From Octopus vulgaris (Eukaryota): 64,000 bases of DNA. The notes below the pieces were generated by a model. The model did no database searches. It was given only the letters and a program-made list of their open reading frames with translations, and was not told where the DNA came from. Location of the stretch: positions 18,104,001-18,168,000 of the forward strand of contig OX597814.1 of NCBI GenBank assembly GCA_951406725.2, given 5' to 3'. A program made the translations under genes and the position numbers. Of the stretch, positions 51,850 to 64,000 are shown one piece after another; positions within the stretch are counted from its first letter, which is position 1; each line of letters begins with the position of its first letter.

Positions 51850-52330
51850 AAAACTGGAAAAATTGAACAAAGCTTCTAGTTTTATCTCTTGATTGAAGCT
51901 CTGCCACCGCCGTGAAGTGGTAGATTATTTGCACCATGTGGATAATATTCCACCAATATTATGCAAATGATATCGGTATTGTGTTTACAGTTCACCCAAG
52001 ACTAGGCCCCCGTGCAATGCGACCCCTACAAAGGTCAAGATCACATCGCATAAGATCATTGCCACAAAATTTCTTCGCTGCAAATGATCCTGCTCTTTTC
52101 AATGTTATCCCGAAAGAAATTGAAGTAGAAAAAGAAACCGTATCTTTCAAACGGTACCTGGACAAATTCCCCTAGTAAATACCGGATAAATCACCTACAC
52201 CTGGATACGTCTCAACCAACAAGTCTCTGCTTGAGTGGTCCATGGCGTCCCGAAATAATTAACTTAAAGACTTTTCCAGGTGGTGCTATTGACTTAGTCA
52301 TGGCCTGGGCCGATAATGTCCGAAACCAAT
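51850..52330 (+). mobile_element. Old CR1-group LINE 3' end remnant
   Basis: WKKLNKL..MWIIF..HPRLGPRA..FFAANDPALFNVIPKEI..VSFKRYLDKF..IPDK..PGY, an RT C-terminal pattern. Confidence 0.7.
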
Positions 52331-52554
52331 CTAGGTTATCAAATTTATTGAAGTTCCACAGAGAGAATAGTAGTTTTTCCTATTCAGTCTATGCACAAAC
52401 TCAATCAGAATTGTTTTGATCAGAACTAGTTGACAAACTGTACAAGGGATAGCAACATGAAATAAATAATTAAGAGAAGTACTACACAATGATTTTAACG
52501 TGTGTGGTTTGAAATGTGTGATATAGATTATCTATATACCTTTAAATGCTCCAA

Positions 52555-52942
52555 TTATTTGACTGCGGCCATGCTAGAGCAACGCCTTGAAGGGTTTTAG
52601 ATGAACAACTCAACCCGAGGACTTATTTTTAAGCCTAAGACTTATTCTATTGGCCAATTTTTGCCGAAACACGATGTTACTGGGACGTAAACACACCAAC
52701 ACCGGTTGTCAAGCACAGGTAGAAACACAGACACAAAGACATCCCCCCACACACACACTCATAAATATATATATATTCGACAGGCTTCATTCAGTTTCTG
52801 TCTACTAAATCCGCACGCAAGACTTGTGTTCACTTGAGGCTATAATAAAAAAAAAAACTTGCCCAAGTTGTCACACAGTGGGACTGAACCCGGAACTATG
52901 TGGTTGAGAAGCAAGCTTCTCACCACACAGCCATACTTGCGT
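52555..52942 (-). mobile_element. Diverged SINE family B
   Basis: Colinear with substitutions. Confidence 0.82.
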
Positions 52943-53135
52943 GTATATCTTAACAAGCATATTTTAGCCGTTTATCTTCAGAAGACCATGCAAAGTGCAA
53001 AAAAGTGATCTAAACGCGTAATAACACAAGAACTACTCACGCCAATGTCTCCTACTGTCCACTCCACCCCATCCTCAAACAAAATTCCAGTAGAATTCCA
53101 GTATTGCATTTTCTATAAATACACACTCTTAAGGA

Positions 53136-53526
53136 TCTTTATATATAAAAGAGAAGTTGTGTGTCTGTCTCCTACGATTTAGATTCCTAACTACTCCCAC
53201 ATTTTGCGGTGCAGTGTAACCAAAAGCGGGTATCTTATAGTCGTGATTCATATCAAGCCCTTCTAGGTATTAACGCGCGTCTACGATGAGTCTACGATTT
53301 TTAAAATAATTTACCATAATTTTTTACATTTTAATGCATTTTTTTCGCTAAGAGAAGTAAACTCTCTAAAAATGTCTACGATGAGTCAACGATTTAAAAA
53401 AAAATTTACCATCATTTTTTTTCCATTTTAATGCATTTTTTTGCTATTCTTTGGCTATAACTCTCTAAAAATGCTTATATAGTTATTTCCCTTACAAACC
53501 CGAGCAACGCCGGGCGATACTGCTAG
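53136..53526 (+). mobile_element. Non-autonomous Helitron H1, full length
   Basis: A|TCTTTATATATAAAAG ... CCCGAGCAACGCCGGGCGATACTGCTAG|T. Confidence 0.9.
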
Positions 53527-53932
53527 TTAACTTATAAAAAAAATAATAACCCACATGCGCACGCATATATTACTCAACTGAAAAACTACAAAGCTGAATC
53601 AGAGTTAGGCATCTTTGCGCTTGGCAATTAGAGTACTCGAAGCAGTCGTTCCTTGAGTTTCTTTCTTAATTTTTACAGCCGATAACAAATGCATATATAT
53701 CGACGCTTTAAACTGTATTTTACAGGTACGTGAAACATGCCCATCTGTGTGTCTGTGTATGTCTAGGAAGAGTAAGAGAGGAAAAGAGAGATGAATTGAG
53801 AGCTGGACATGTGAATCTGTGTTGGAGCATGTAAAAAATTACTCTGACCTTTAAAGCTTTCGTTTCATTCTGAATAAGATTAGAAGTTCGTGGATAGCAG
53901 AATCAGCAAAGTGTTAACCATATTGCATATAA

Positions 53933-54080
53933 TAGGTGTAGGAGTGCCTGTGTGCAAAGTAGCTTGCTTAACAACTATATGGTTCCGAATTCAACTTGGG
54001 CAAGTTTCTTCTACTATAGCCTCAGGCCGACCAAAGCCTTCTAAGTGCTTTTTGTAGACGGAACCTGAAAGAAGCCCGTC

Positions 54081-54132
<52 letters not shown>

Positions 54133-54480
54133 TGTGTGTGTGTGTGTGTATATATATGTATGTGTGTGTATATATTTGTGTGTCTGTGTTTGTCCCCCAA
54201 CATCACTTGACAACCGATGCTGGTGTGTTTACGTCCCCGTAACTTAGCGGTCCGGCAAAAGAGACTGATAGAATAAGTAGTAGGCTTACAAAGAATATGT
54301 CCTGGGGTCGATTTGTTCGACTAAAGGCGGTGCTCCAGCATGGCCACTGTCAAAGTCAATCTTCTTTCAGTTTACGTCTACCAAATCCACTCATAAAGCT
54401 TTGCTCGGCCCGAGACATTTGCCCAAGGTGCCACGCAGTGAGACTGAACCCAGAACCATGTGGTTGGTAAGCAAGCTACT
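53933..54480 (+). mobile_element. SINE family B whose truncated tail is fused to an inverted family B head (54361-54480)
   Basis: The plus copy stops at GTCAAA, followed by CTTCTTTCAGTTT..GCAAGCTACT, the reverse-complement head. Confidence 0.85.
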
Positions 54481-54902
54481 GTTGCTATCCAGTTCCCTTA
54501 TAATGAATTTGAATTGAATCTTTCATGGACTGATCCACACAACAGTGGACGCAGTCGCTAAGAATGCGTTGTATTTACTCTCTTGGTAGAGCGCGAGGAT
54601 TCTGACTGCTGATCTTGTAGATTCCTCTGCGCAGCATCAATGCCAAAAGCAACTTGGCTCAGTCGAGCTTTTCCGTAATTCTGAAGGACACAGTCGTACC
54701 TTCGCGAGGTTTTACCAAATTACCCGCATACCCAAGCTAAAAAAAAAGAAAAAAGCGTGGAAGATCGCTCTGATTTTATGAATAAATACGTGAGATACTT
54801 TAAGTTTGAAGCTCGGAGAGTAAAGTAATCGTATTGGCTTGTGCAGTGTACCGTGAATAATGCATCAATCGTTGAGACTCAAATGCTCAGCAGCATTTCG
54901 TC

Positions 54903-55037
54903 TGTCTTTTACGTTCTGAGCTCAAATTGTCTTTTAAGTTCTGAGCTCAAATTGTCTTTTATGTTCTGAGCTCAAATTGTCTTTTATGTTCTGAGCTCAA
55001 ATTGCCTTTTATGCTCTGAGCTCAAATTGTCTTTTAT
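54903..55037 (+). repeat. 25-bp minisatellite (about 5.4 units) inside a degraded family C SINE
   Basis: TGTCTTTTAYGTTCTGAGCTCAAAT with period 25 from 54903. Confidence 0.9.
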
Positions 55038-55671
55038 CCTTTCGGTGTCATTGGTGTAATTAACAAATAAGTTGATGTAATTGATTTCCTACCCCTCAAA
55101 ATCAGCTGACCCTGTGCAAAAATTTGAAACAATTATATCGGTTGATTTTCGTGTGTACTGTACGATAAATCAGGGTGAGTAAACGAAATTTCCCCGAGTA
55201 CATAAAGTACTGGATTAAACGATAAGCAATCTTTTACTCATATATGTTGTTGACTTTTTTCTCTATTTCTGAAGATGGAGAACTTTTTAGTCTACATAAT
55301 ATTAGTTGATTTCGCTGTCAGAAAGAGCTAACTGTTCATATGGGAGAATTAACATGATAGAACAGCATCTTATCCACGGGTGAATTTACCCCTTAACCAT
55401 TTCATTAACCATTTAAAAATAAATATATAAATAAATAAATAAATAAATAAGTAAATAAACAAACGTTAAGCAGTGATTGCCAAGAAAACTTTCCCCGGGG
55501 GCAGAGATACATAAATTTCAAGCTTTTTTCCTGCTTAGGAAATCATTATTTATCATTATTCTTGTATTTGGAGCAGATAGCTGTTACAGCTGCTTTTGCG
55601 CATATGTGTTTACGTATAAATCAATTCAAGAAAAATAAGTACAATAAATACTGCATGCTGTTCATCTCTAA

Positions 55672-55702
<31 letters not shown>

Positions 55703-56349
55703 ACAAATAAATAAACAAATAAATAAATAAAAAGCCACTGCCTGCTCCAAGTTGACTATTTTCATTCCATCGAAATATCTAAAGATATTGAGGTCAGAAT
55801 CTTGTCATTGGCGTTATACTTAATGTGTTGCTTGCAGTGGAAAGACATTTAAACTTCTAGTCCAAATCTTACTCGGGGTTACAGTGACTGCACACAACTT
55901 TAAACGCAATTGCAAGAAAATAAATTGAATATTTTCTCCAAGGATAACATTTTTTTTTTACTCCGTCCTCTTTTATATGTTCTGTTATCAAAATGTTAGG
56001 TCAAACTTTTAAAAAATATTAAATCTCTTTTTCCTAAGATTCTCTTCAAATATATTGATTTTATAATGCGTTTGATTTTAGTTTCTAGATTATCCATGAA
56101 TTCGTTAGTAGCCAATGTGTCGAGGTTAAATTAAATGTGCGTAGTTACATTAAACGTTTATTTTATTGTTTTAAAAAAGCTATTAAAGGCTAAAGAAAAA
56201 CAACAAATTTTAAAAAATGACCACATTAGCTTTAAAGCATTCCGCTTTAGTGTCCTTATCAGAGAAGCACCTATCACACCGAAAGAATCCTTTCTTTTGC
56301 ATTCATCTGTACACAGCACTACATCTACTGAAGACAACTAGGAAACTGT

Positions 56350-56545
56350 TATATGGTCACTTGATCTCCTAAAGATAGCAGCCAAATCTCGTAAAATTAC
56401 ACTGCAACGACTTAAAAAAGGAGGAATGGGGTTCATGTAGTCTCAGATAAATAAGATGAGATATTCACAGTTTGAATTTCTTTTGATTATGATTTTGGTC
56501 CATCAGGGTTGAGCGGGGTTAACAGCAACAACTACAAAAAATGAC
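56350..56545 (+). mobile_element. Old SINE-like remnant ending in (CAA)n
   Basis: ATAGCAGCCAAATCTC is similar to 22830-22860 and to the reverse complement at 60090-60115. Confidence 0.4.
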
Positions 56546-57775
56546 AATAACAGCAACAACAGCAACACGAAGAATAATATCAATCCTACTGAAGAAACAA
56601 GTTGTGTTCAGTAATTTTTTTTCTTAATTTAAAAAATAATTGATTAACGGAAGATATTTAAATTCAGACTGATCCCGTTATACATCGTTGATCGCCATAA
56701 AAACGTAATGTCTCTGAAATCCTTTGATCACAAACAATCTTTTCATCTGGATTTTGGATTTTACGCCGTGATTCTAAGTAACTTAAATTGTTTTCACTGT
56801 AATTCTGTTCTTCACTAATGTGCGACATTGGGCTTTGCACGTCTATTATATACTCACCACCTGCCACCACCACCACCCCACACATATATGCATGAACGTG
56901 TTTGTGAGTGCATGTACATGTATGTATATGCAGCTTTTAAAAGTGAACGTTTTGTATCCAATGACATAATATTTCTAATCAAAGTTGAGACCAAGACTTC
57001 ATTGTTCCAATGGTTAACACTAGTCACCTATGTACCATGCAAAGGGTATTAATACACGACTGAAAATGTTTTGCAGAAAAAATGTGAAGAACATGTTCGT
57101 AAAGTAAGGCACACGCACATGATTTAAGAGAAAAGTAATAAATTAAGTTAAATTTTTGCCTGTCGGATTTCCAAATAACCCCGATATCGGTTAGACTAAA
57201 GTAGTTTATATGGCAAACAAGTTTAACATACCACAGGAATATAATTACAGGTTTGAAGTCTTTTTATATGTTTGTAAGGTGACGAGAAAAAAATATAATT
57301 TTCGTCCCACATATATAAAACACGAAAGGGCAGTGTTAGATTATGGAGCTTTTTTCCTTTAAACAAAGCTAACTTCAAATCCCAGTCCTTTACGTAAAAA
57401 AAAGAAGAAGAAAAAGGGATAACAACTTTGCCAGGATTTGTGATCCACAAACACAATTACGAATTCGTAAAACTGATGGAAGTAGTTTCCTAAGTTGGAC
57501 TGATACCACCACAACTGTATATCATTAGAAACAGGACTAACCCGAGTTATTGCCCTGAATTGTTCTTGCATATACCAGCACCTTTGCTTTAGTGCTATTG
57601 TTTTTCAGATATAATACTGATCATAAGAAACCATCTCTCAGTCTATTGAAGCGGTTTGTTACGCGCTAGTAAACAAGATATTAGATCTCATTTTTTAAGT
57701 CATAATTTCGGAAGTAACACAATGGGTGCACAAAAATGATAGCTATGTAAATAGAAGTGAGACACGATGCACAAA

Positions 57776-58041
57776 TGTGTAAGGGATGCATCTAGATGTA
57801 AAACCAATGGAGATCCTATGGAATTAATATAGATGTCAACCATATGATAAATAGCTCTGCGAAAATGGCACCGCTGTATTCTCTACTTATGAAGCATGAT
57901 ATCTTGGTCGAAAGATTCTGCAATGCAAAGGATGAAATTGAGAATGCAAATATGAAAGCTATAGTGATGTAGCATGTATAATCACACATAATGTGAAAGA
58001 TTACTGGTGAAATATTTCTGTAAAACCTCGGTAAAATGCAA
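57776..58041 (+). repeat. 266-bp segment duplicated in inverted orientation at 59762-60027
   Basis: Reverse-complement identity with three substitutions seen and no indels. Confidence 0.92.
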
Positions 58042-58303
58042 AGAGAGCAGACGATAAAATCATCTGGTAAAGAAGAACTGGAATCTTCGCAAAAGTTTAA
58101 ATCTCAGTGAAATTAATGTGTGGAAAAAAGCATTAATATTGAGAAGTCTACGGTTACTTCACTCGGACTGGCGTTGGGATCTTATTACAGCTTTAGATTA
58201 CGTAATTTAAAACTGCAAAACAAATGTTTAGAAGTTGGGCCTTACACAATGCGAAAGAATAAGGCAAATTCGAAAAATAAGACTCCAAGTTCAGATGTTA
58301 CAA

Positions 58304-59730
58304 GTCTTGAAATAAACTGAATAATGATGTACATACATACATACATGCATGCATACATACATACATACATACATACATACATACATACATACATACATAC
58401 ATACATACATACATACATACATACATACATACATACATACATACATGAGCCTGTCTAGATATGCAGCTATATGCATGAGAATACATACATAAAACATAAA
58501 TTTGCACATACATACATACAAACAAAAATATCCTGTTGTTGATGTTGAAATTCCAATGAAGGAGCCTTGGATCTAGGTTAGAAACCGGTCCTATTCTATT
58601 GGCAAGAAATCTTGAAAAAAAGTGAATAAAGATATACATGCATACATACATACATACATACATACATACATACATACATACATACATACATACATACATA
58701 CATACATACACACATACATACATATACATATATCACCTCGAAGCGACAGATCGTGTATCTCGAGTAGAAGTCAATTTATGGAAAATACGTTGAATACTAT
58801 CTCCAACTTTCAGCCCTGTGAAAGAACTGGTCAATCTTCTGATGAATTAACCGAGGACGCCTTTTATTCAGGACCATAGCGAATTTACTATGCAGAGAGT
58901 TGCTACACAACATGGCTGGACACAACAACAACAACAGCAGCAGCAACACAAACGATGAACAGAACGAAAAAAACACAGCTCAACGGGTAAACAGTTTTTC
59001 TTCTAGCTGTAGTTATAGAAGAAACCGTAATTACAAAACTCACTTTTCGTGACATACACCCTCGTACATACACACAGGACCAAAGGTACTTATGGATGGA
59101 TAGAAGTACTCCGTCGGTTACGACGACGAGGGTTCCGGTTGATCCGATCAGCGGAACAGCCTGCTCGTGAAATTAACGTGTAAATGGCTGAGCACTCCAC
59201 AGACACGTGTACCCTTAACGCAGTTCTCGGGGATATTCAGCGTGAAACAGAGAATGACAAGGCCGGCCCCTTGAAATACAGGTACAACAGAAACAGGAAG
59301 TAAGAGTGAGAGAAAGTTGGGGTGAAAGAGTACAGCAGGGATCACCACCATCCCTGCCGGAGCCTCATGGAGCTTTAGGTGTTTTCGCTCAATAAACACT
59401 CACAACGCCCGGTCTGGGAATCGAAACCGCGATCCTACGACCGCGAGTCCGCTGCCCTAACCACTGGGCCATTGTACCTCCACTAAAAGGTACTTATATA
59501 CATATACATACATACATACATACATACATACATACATACATACATACATACATACATACATACATGAGCATGTCTAGATATGCAGCTATATGCATGAGAA
59601 TACATACGCAAAACATACAAATTTGCACATACATACATTCCAATGAAGGAGCATTGGATCTAGGTTAGAAACCAGATCCTACTCTATTGGCAAGAAATCT
59701 TGAAGTAAAGTGAATAAGGATATACATACG
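58304..59730 (+). mobile_element. Array of Dong/R4 pieces separated by (TACA)n: 3' ends at 58304-58328, 58445-58632 and 59565-59720, possible 5' end at 58731-59070
   Basis: 3' UTR matches 3207-3533. 58778 onwards is a decayed reading frame (MENTLNTISNFQPCERTG..) with two in-frame stops. Confidence 0.65.
59094..59483 (-). mobile_element. SINE family A, full length
   Basis: 12-bp TSD AAAGGTACTTAT (59082-59093 and 59486-59497). Confidence 0.92.
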
Positions 59731-61051
59731 TACATACATACATATATACATATACGCATCCTTGCATTTTACCGAGGTTTTACAGAAATATATCACCAGT
59801 AATCTTTCACATTATGTGTGATTATACATGCTACATCACTATAGCTTTCATATTTGCATTCTCAATTTCATCCTTTGCATTGCAGAATCTTTCGACCAAG
59901 ATATCATGCTTCTTAAGTAGAGAATACAGCGGTGCCATTTTCGCAGAGCTATTTATCATATGGTTGACATCTATATTAATTCCATAGGATCTCCATTGGT
60001 TTTACATCTAGATGCACCCCTTACACAAAGAGGCACAAAAACAAACACGCACACATACATACATTTAGTCAGGCCATAAGATGTGACTTGAGGAAAATTT
60101 GGCTACAATTTCTAGCACACAAAACAATCATGTTCCCTCATTAGCTGTTATTTTAGATTATGTTTTTTTTTTTTGTCTCTGGGCTAGATAACCTAAATAT
60201 CCGTGTTTATAGCAGCTGTTCTTTTCCGGATGTATGAGCGATAGAACTTCATTAAATGTGAACTACCATACTATCGGACGAGGTTGCGGAGAGTGAATAA
60301 TCGATCTGTTCTTTGTTATTGATTTATGCATTTATCTATTTCATTTTCATGATGCTTATATATTTTCTCTATATTGTAATTAACAGCTTTCGAAGAATGG
60401 TGAAAATCATTTTATTTCTTACTAGATTGTTTTAAACATACCCGTATTAATTTGAATTGCTCATTATATGTGGATGTGTACGTGGGCGAGTGTGTATGAA
60501 AGAGTGAGAATGCCCGCGAATATATACGCGTGTGTGAGTGTATATGCGTACGCGAGGTGTATTTGTATGTGATATTTGCGTACGCATCCGCCTTCATTGT
60601 TTATCAATGCTTTCAACATGTGACATTATTGATTCTGGGCCAGTTTATTGCTTTGTTTAGCCAATTCTAAAGTTATGATTTTAAAATAATAGAATTTTAA
60701 TGAAATGAAAATTGTAACATGCTCATAGCCCAAACAGGTATATATGCACGAATGTTCATACATATAAAATGCATACATGAATGCTTACAGAGGAAATACA
60801 TACATATATATACACGCGCGAGCGTACACAAACATTCACAGACATACATACACTCACATACATATACATATACACATACATACTAACATACATACATACA
60901 TGCATACATACATACAAAGTCTTGAACAGCCCAACCCGGAGCATGACTCTGAGTAGGTTGTTAGCTTTGGATATATATATATATATATATACACATATTT
61001 ATCCACTCTGCCTAACATATTGAGTTCTATATCAGATGATTGCACTATACA

Positions 61052-61462
61052 CTTTACTCTTTTTTACTTGTTTCAGTCATTTGACTGCGGCCATGCTGGA
61101 GCACCGCCTTTAGTCGAATCAAATCGACTCCAGGACTTATTCTTTGTAAGCCTAGTACTTATTCTATCGGTCTCTTTTGCTGAACCGCTAATTTACGGGG
61201 ACCCAAACACACCGGCATCGGTTGTCAAGCAATATTTGGTTTGTCCTCCAGATACACAAGATATACACACACATACATAAATACATATCCATATATACGA
61301 CGGGCTTCTTTCAGTTTCCGTCTACCAAATCCACTCACAAGGCTTTGGTCAGCCCGAAGCTATAGTTGAAGACACTTGCCCAAGGTGCCACGCAGTGGGA
61401 CTGAACCCGGAACCATGTGGTTCGTAAGCAGGCTACTTACCACACAGCCACTCCTGCGCTTA
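61052..61462 (-). mobile_element. SINE family B
   Basis: Full colinear copy. Confidence 0.9.
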
Positions 61463-62210
61463 TATGTAAAATATATTTTGTTATATTTTGATACAATTTA
61501 TTTTGATCTATTTTGCTACAACTCTTACATGCATATGTATATAAATATGTATAGCTATATATCTAGATGCATTATGTGTATTATAGATATGTTACACAGT
61601 ATATATGTTATATATATATATATATATCACATATTGAATATATATATTTTTTATTTGTGTGCTTTTGTGTACACGCATGTATGTGTATCTATGTGCACGA
61701 GTGTGTGTGTTTGTAAGTGTATTTCTGTGTGTGTCTCTTCATTTCCAGATTTCATATTATATTGCAGACCAGTGTATTTAACGCCGAGCATCGTTATATT
61801 CTGTTTAATCATAATCTTTTACTTTATATATTTATCTTCAATTCAACGTCTTTGTAATCAATTTCTTATGGAAATACATTCTTTGGAAATATATTTTGGA
61901 TCAGATAACTCATTATGACGAACTGGAAATAATTCTTTGATAATTTTTTTACTTTATGTTATATTTAAGGATAAAATCTATTAAAAATATAGGTTCTTGC
62001 ACAAATCACGATTTGCGACTATTTTTTTCTTCTTAAATATATTTTGTTGTTTCTTTTCTGAACATAATTTATATGTGGTGCTCGTTGCTATTCTCATCAT
62101 CCAATTTTTTCTCTTCTCTTTCAATGGTGTGTCGTCGTGTTTTGTTTTTAAATATGTAATAATCTGAATTGCTCAAGTAAAATTTCTTTCATTCTCATAC
62201 AGCTGGAAAT

Positions 62211-62252
<42 letters not shown>

Positions 62253-62779
62253 TCTTTCTCTCATCGTCTTTCTCCATCTCTCTCTCTCTCTCACTCAATA
62301 TCTCCCTCCGTCAATTTCTCTTACACACACTTTGTATCTGTCTATCTATCTATCTGTCTATTTATCACACATACGATGTTATATAAGTTTCATATTTTCG
62401 TATGAGTTTTTAGTTTTATACTGCTCAATCTCAAACGTTGATGATGTTCTACTACAAATCAATTCTGCTTCTATCAAAGCAGACCAAAACATATTGAGTA
62501 TACCCAGGTCTAGATTATTCAGTAGTTCCTTTCTTTTCATTGAGGAGAATAAACTAGATTTTGAAGAATATAAATAAACCAAATGTAAACCGGCACTATG
62601 TAGTTTGGGAATGTAAGAATATGACCAGTTTCTATAAACAAGAATATTTTAGTTCACAATTCTTCATAAATGTTTTCTGTGCTTGATTTCAAATTTTCAC
62701 GCAGTAACTTGCTTAATGTACATGAAATGCTGTCTCCATGCAATCTATTATTAACAATGCTTTAATCTGAATTGGGATA

Positions 62780-63417
62780 CACGAGTGGTTGCTGCAACGG
62801 TCCTGACTTTGTTTAAAAGAAATTACAGGAAAATCAGCTAATCAGCTATAGGTGCAGGAGTAGCTATGTGGTAAGTAGCTTGCTTACCAACCGCTTGGTT
62901 CCGGGTTCAGTCCCACTGCGAGGCATTTTGGGCAAGTGTCTTCTACTATAGCCTCGGGCCGACCAAAGCCTTGTGAGTAGAATTGGTAGACGGAAACTGA
63001 AAGAAGCCCGTCATATATATATGTATGTGTCTGTATATGTTTGTGTGTCTGTGTTTGTCCCCCCCCCCCCAGCATCGCTTGACAACTGATGCTGGTGTGT
63101 TAACGTCCCCGTAAATTAGAGGTTCGGCAAGAGAGACCGATAAAATAAGTACTAGGCTTACAAAGAATAAGTCCTAGGGTCGATTTGCTCGACTAAAAGG
63201 CGGTGCTCCAGCATGGCCACAATCAAATGACTGAAACAAGTGAAAGAGTAAAAAGTAATTATGATTTTATACAACATATTTCCCTCTCAGATTAACACAC
63301 GTATTGCAGCGGTTCTTCAGTTTGTCTGAGATACGTAAAAGAACTCGGAATGTTTCTCCTAGAACAAGGCCTTTCGAGATATCTTAAAAGTTGGGAAATT
63401 TTCAGTTTCCCCTCGTA
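62780..63417 (-). mobile_element. Mariner-derived non-autonomous element interrupted by a SINE
   Basis: Diverged inverted ends CACGAGTGGTTGCTGCAACGGTCCTGACTTT and AAAGTTGGGAAATTTTCAGTTTCCCCTCGTA. The minus strand encodes KLKNRCNTCVNLRGKYVV*, a mariner transposase C-terminus. Confidence 0.7.
62849..63255 (+). mobile_element. SINE family B nested in the mariner element
   Basis: Full colinear copy. Confidence 0.9.
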
Positions 63418-63479
63418 GAGACTTTTGCAAAACTCCTTGGATTCATATGAAGTACTGCTTTATTAATATTAGGACACAA

Positions 63480-63685
63480 GTGAGTAGTGAGTTGTCAAAA
63501 TTGTTATCGCGCCGGAATAAATGCTTAGTAGCATTTTCCCCGACCTAACGTTGATTTCAAATGCCACCGGGGTTGACTTTGCCTTTCATCATTACGGATT
63601 CGATTAAGTAAGTACCAGTTGATCACTGGAGTCAATATAATCGACTCATCTTCTCTCCCGAAATCGATGGCCTTGTGCCTTAAGC
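63480..63685 (+). mobile_element. Degraded SINE family C
   Basis: AATGCTTAG..GTTGACTTTGCCTTTCATC..AAGTACCAGTT..AATCGACT. Confidence 0.7.
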
Positions 63686-64000
63686 AGAAAAAAAGAGAAG
63701 AAAGGAAAACATAATACAGGATTAATCAATAATTTTTTACATGTTATATTCCTCTAGAAAGTATGTCTTCCTAACTCTAAAAGCTTTGGTGGTATTCTTT
63801 TTGAAGAACAACTCTTTTATGAAGAGTTAGCTAAAGGAGAACGATCTCCACATAAGCCAAAAAAGAGGTATAAGTATTTGCTGAAGGCTTCCTTAAGAGA
63901 TGCTTGCATCTCTCCTGACACATGGAAGGGAATAGCTATTGATCGTAGCAGGTGGAGAAGGATGGTGCCGAGAGGAAAGCTACTTTTGAGAAATCTCGAG

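Noticed and set aside
54903-55037. CRISPR-like regular repeats (also 40110-40900 and 39015-39510)
   Set aside because: No unique spacers, no cas genes, and the context is eukaryotic.
56664-56885. Protein-like 73-aa minus-strand ORF
   Set aside because: No recognisable domain or splice context.
58838-58870. CTGATGA suggestive of a hammerhead (also 4443 and 42698)
   Set aside because: No properly placed stem II, GAAA and stem I pairing found.

Overview
AT-rich, repeat-saturated eukaryotic DNA with no recognisable intact host protein-coding gene. The SINE families and the very high microsatellite density suggest an octopus (coleoid cephalopod) genome; this is inference, not a database result. 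Nearly all ORFs in the supplied track are microsatellite or SINE artefacts. The supportable content is: (i) several tRNA-headed SINE families, with about 15 copies of a family carrying an internal microsatellite and evidence of head/tail module swapping; (ii) decayed R4/Dong-type REL-endonuclease LINEs, CR1-type LINE 3' ends and a Penelope-type GIY-YIG remnant; (iii) non-autonomous Helitrons, a Tc1/mariner transposase remnant and MITEs; (iv) weak candidate exons of a minus-strand transcript. The most notable signal is a set of at least 8 loci with type I minimal hammerhead-ribozyme-like motifs. They sit in short elements, mostly anchored in (TA)n tracts, and several are folded back as near-perfect inverted repeats (44, 105 and 230 bp arms). 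One motif is fused to a tRNA-like SINE head. A Dong/R4-type element also appears tied to (TACA)n tracts.
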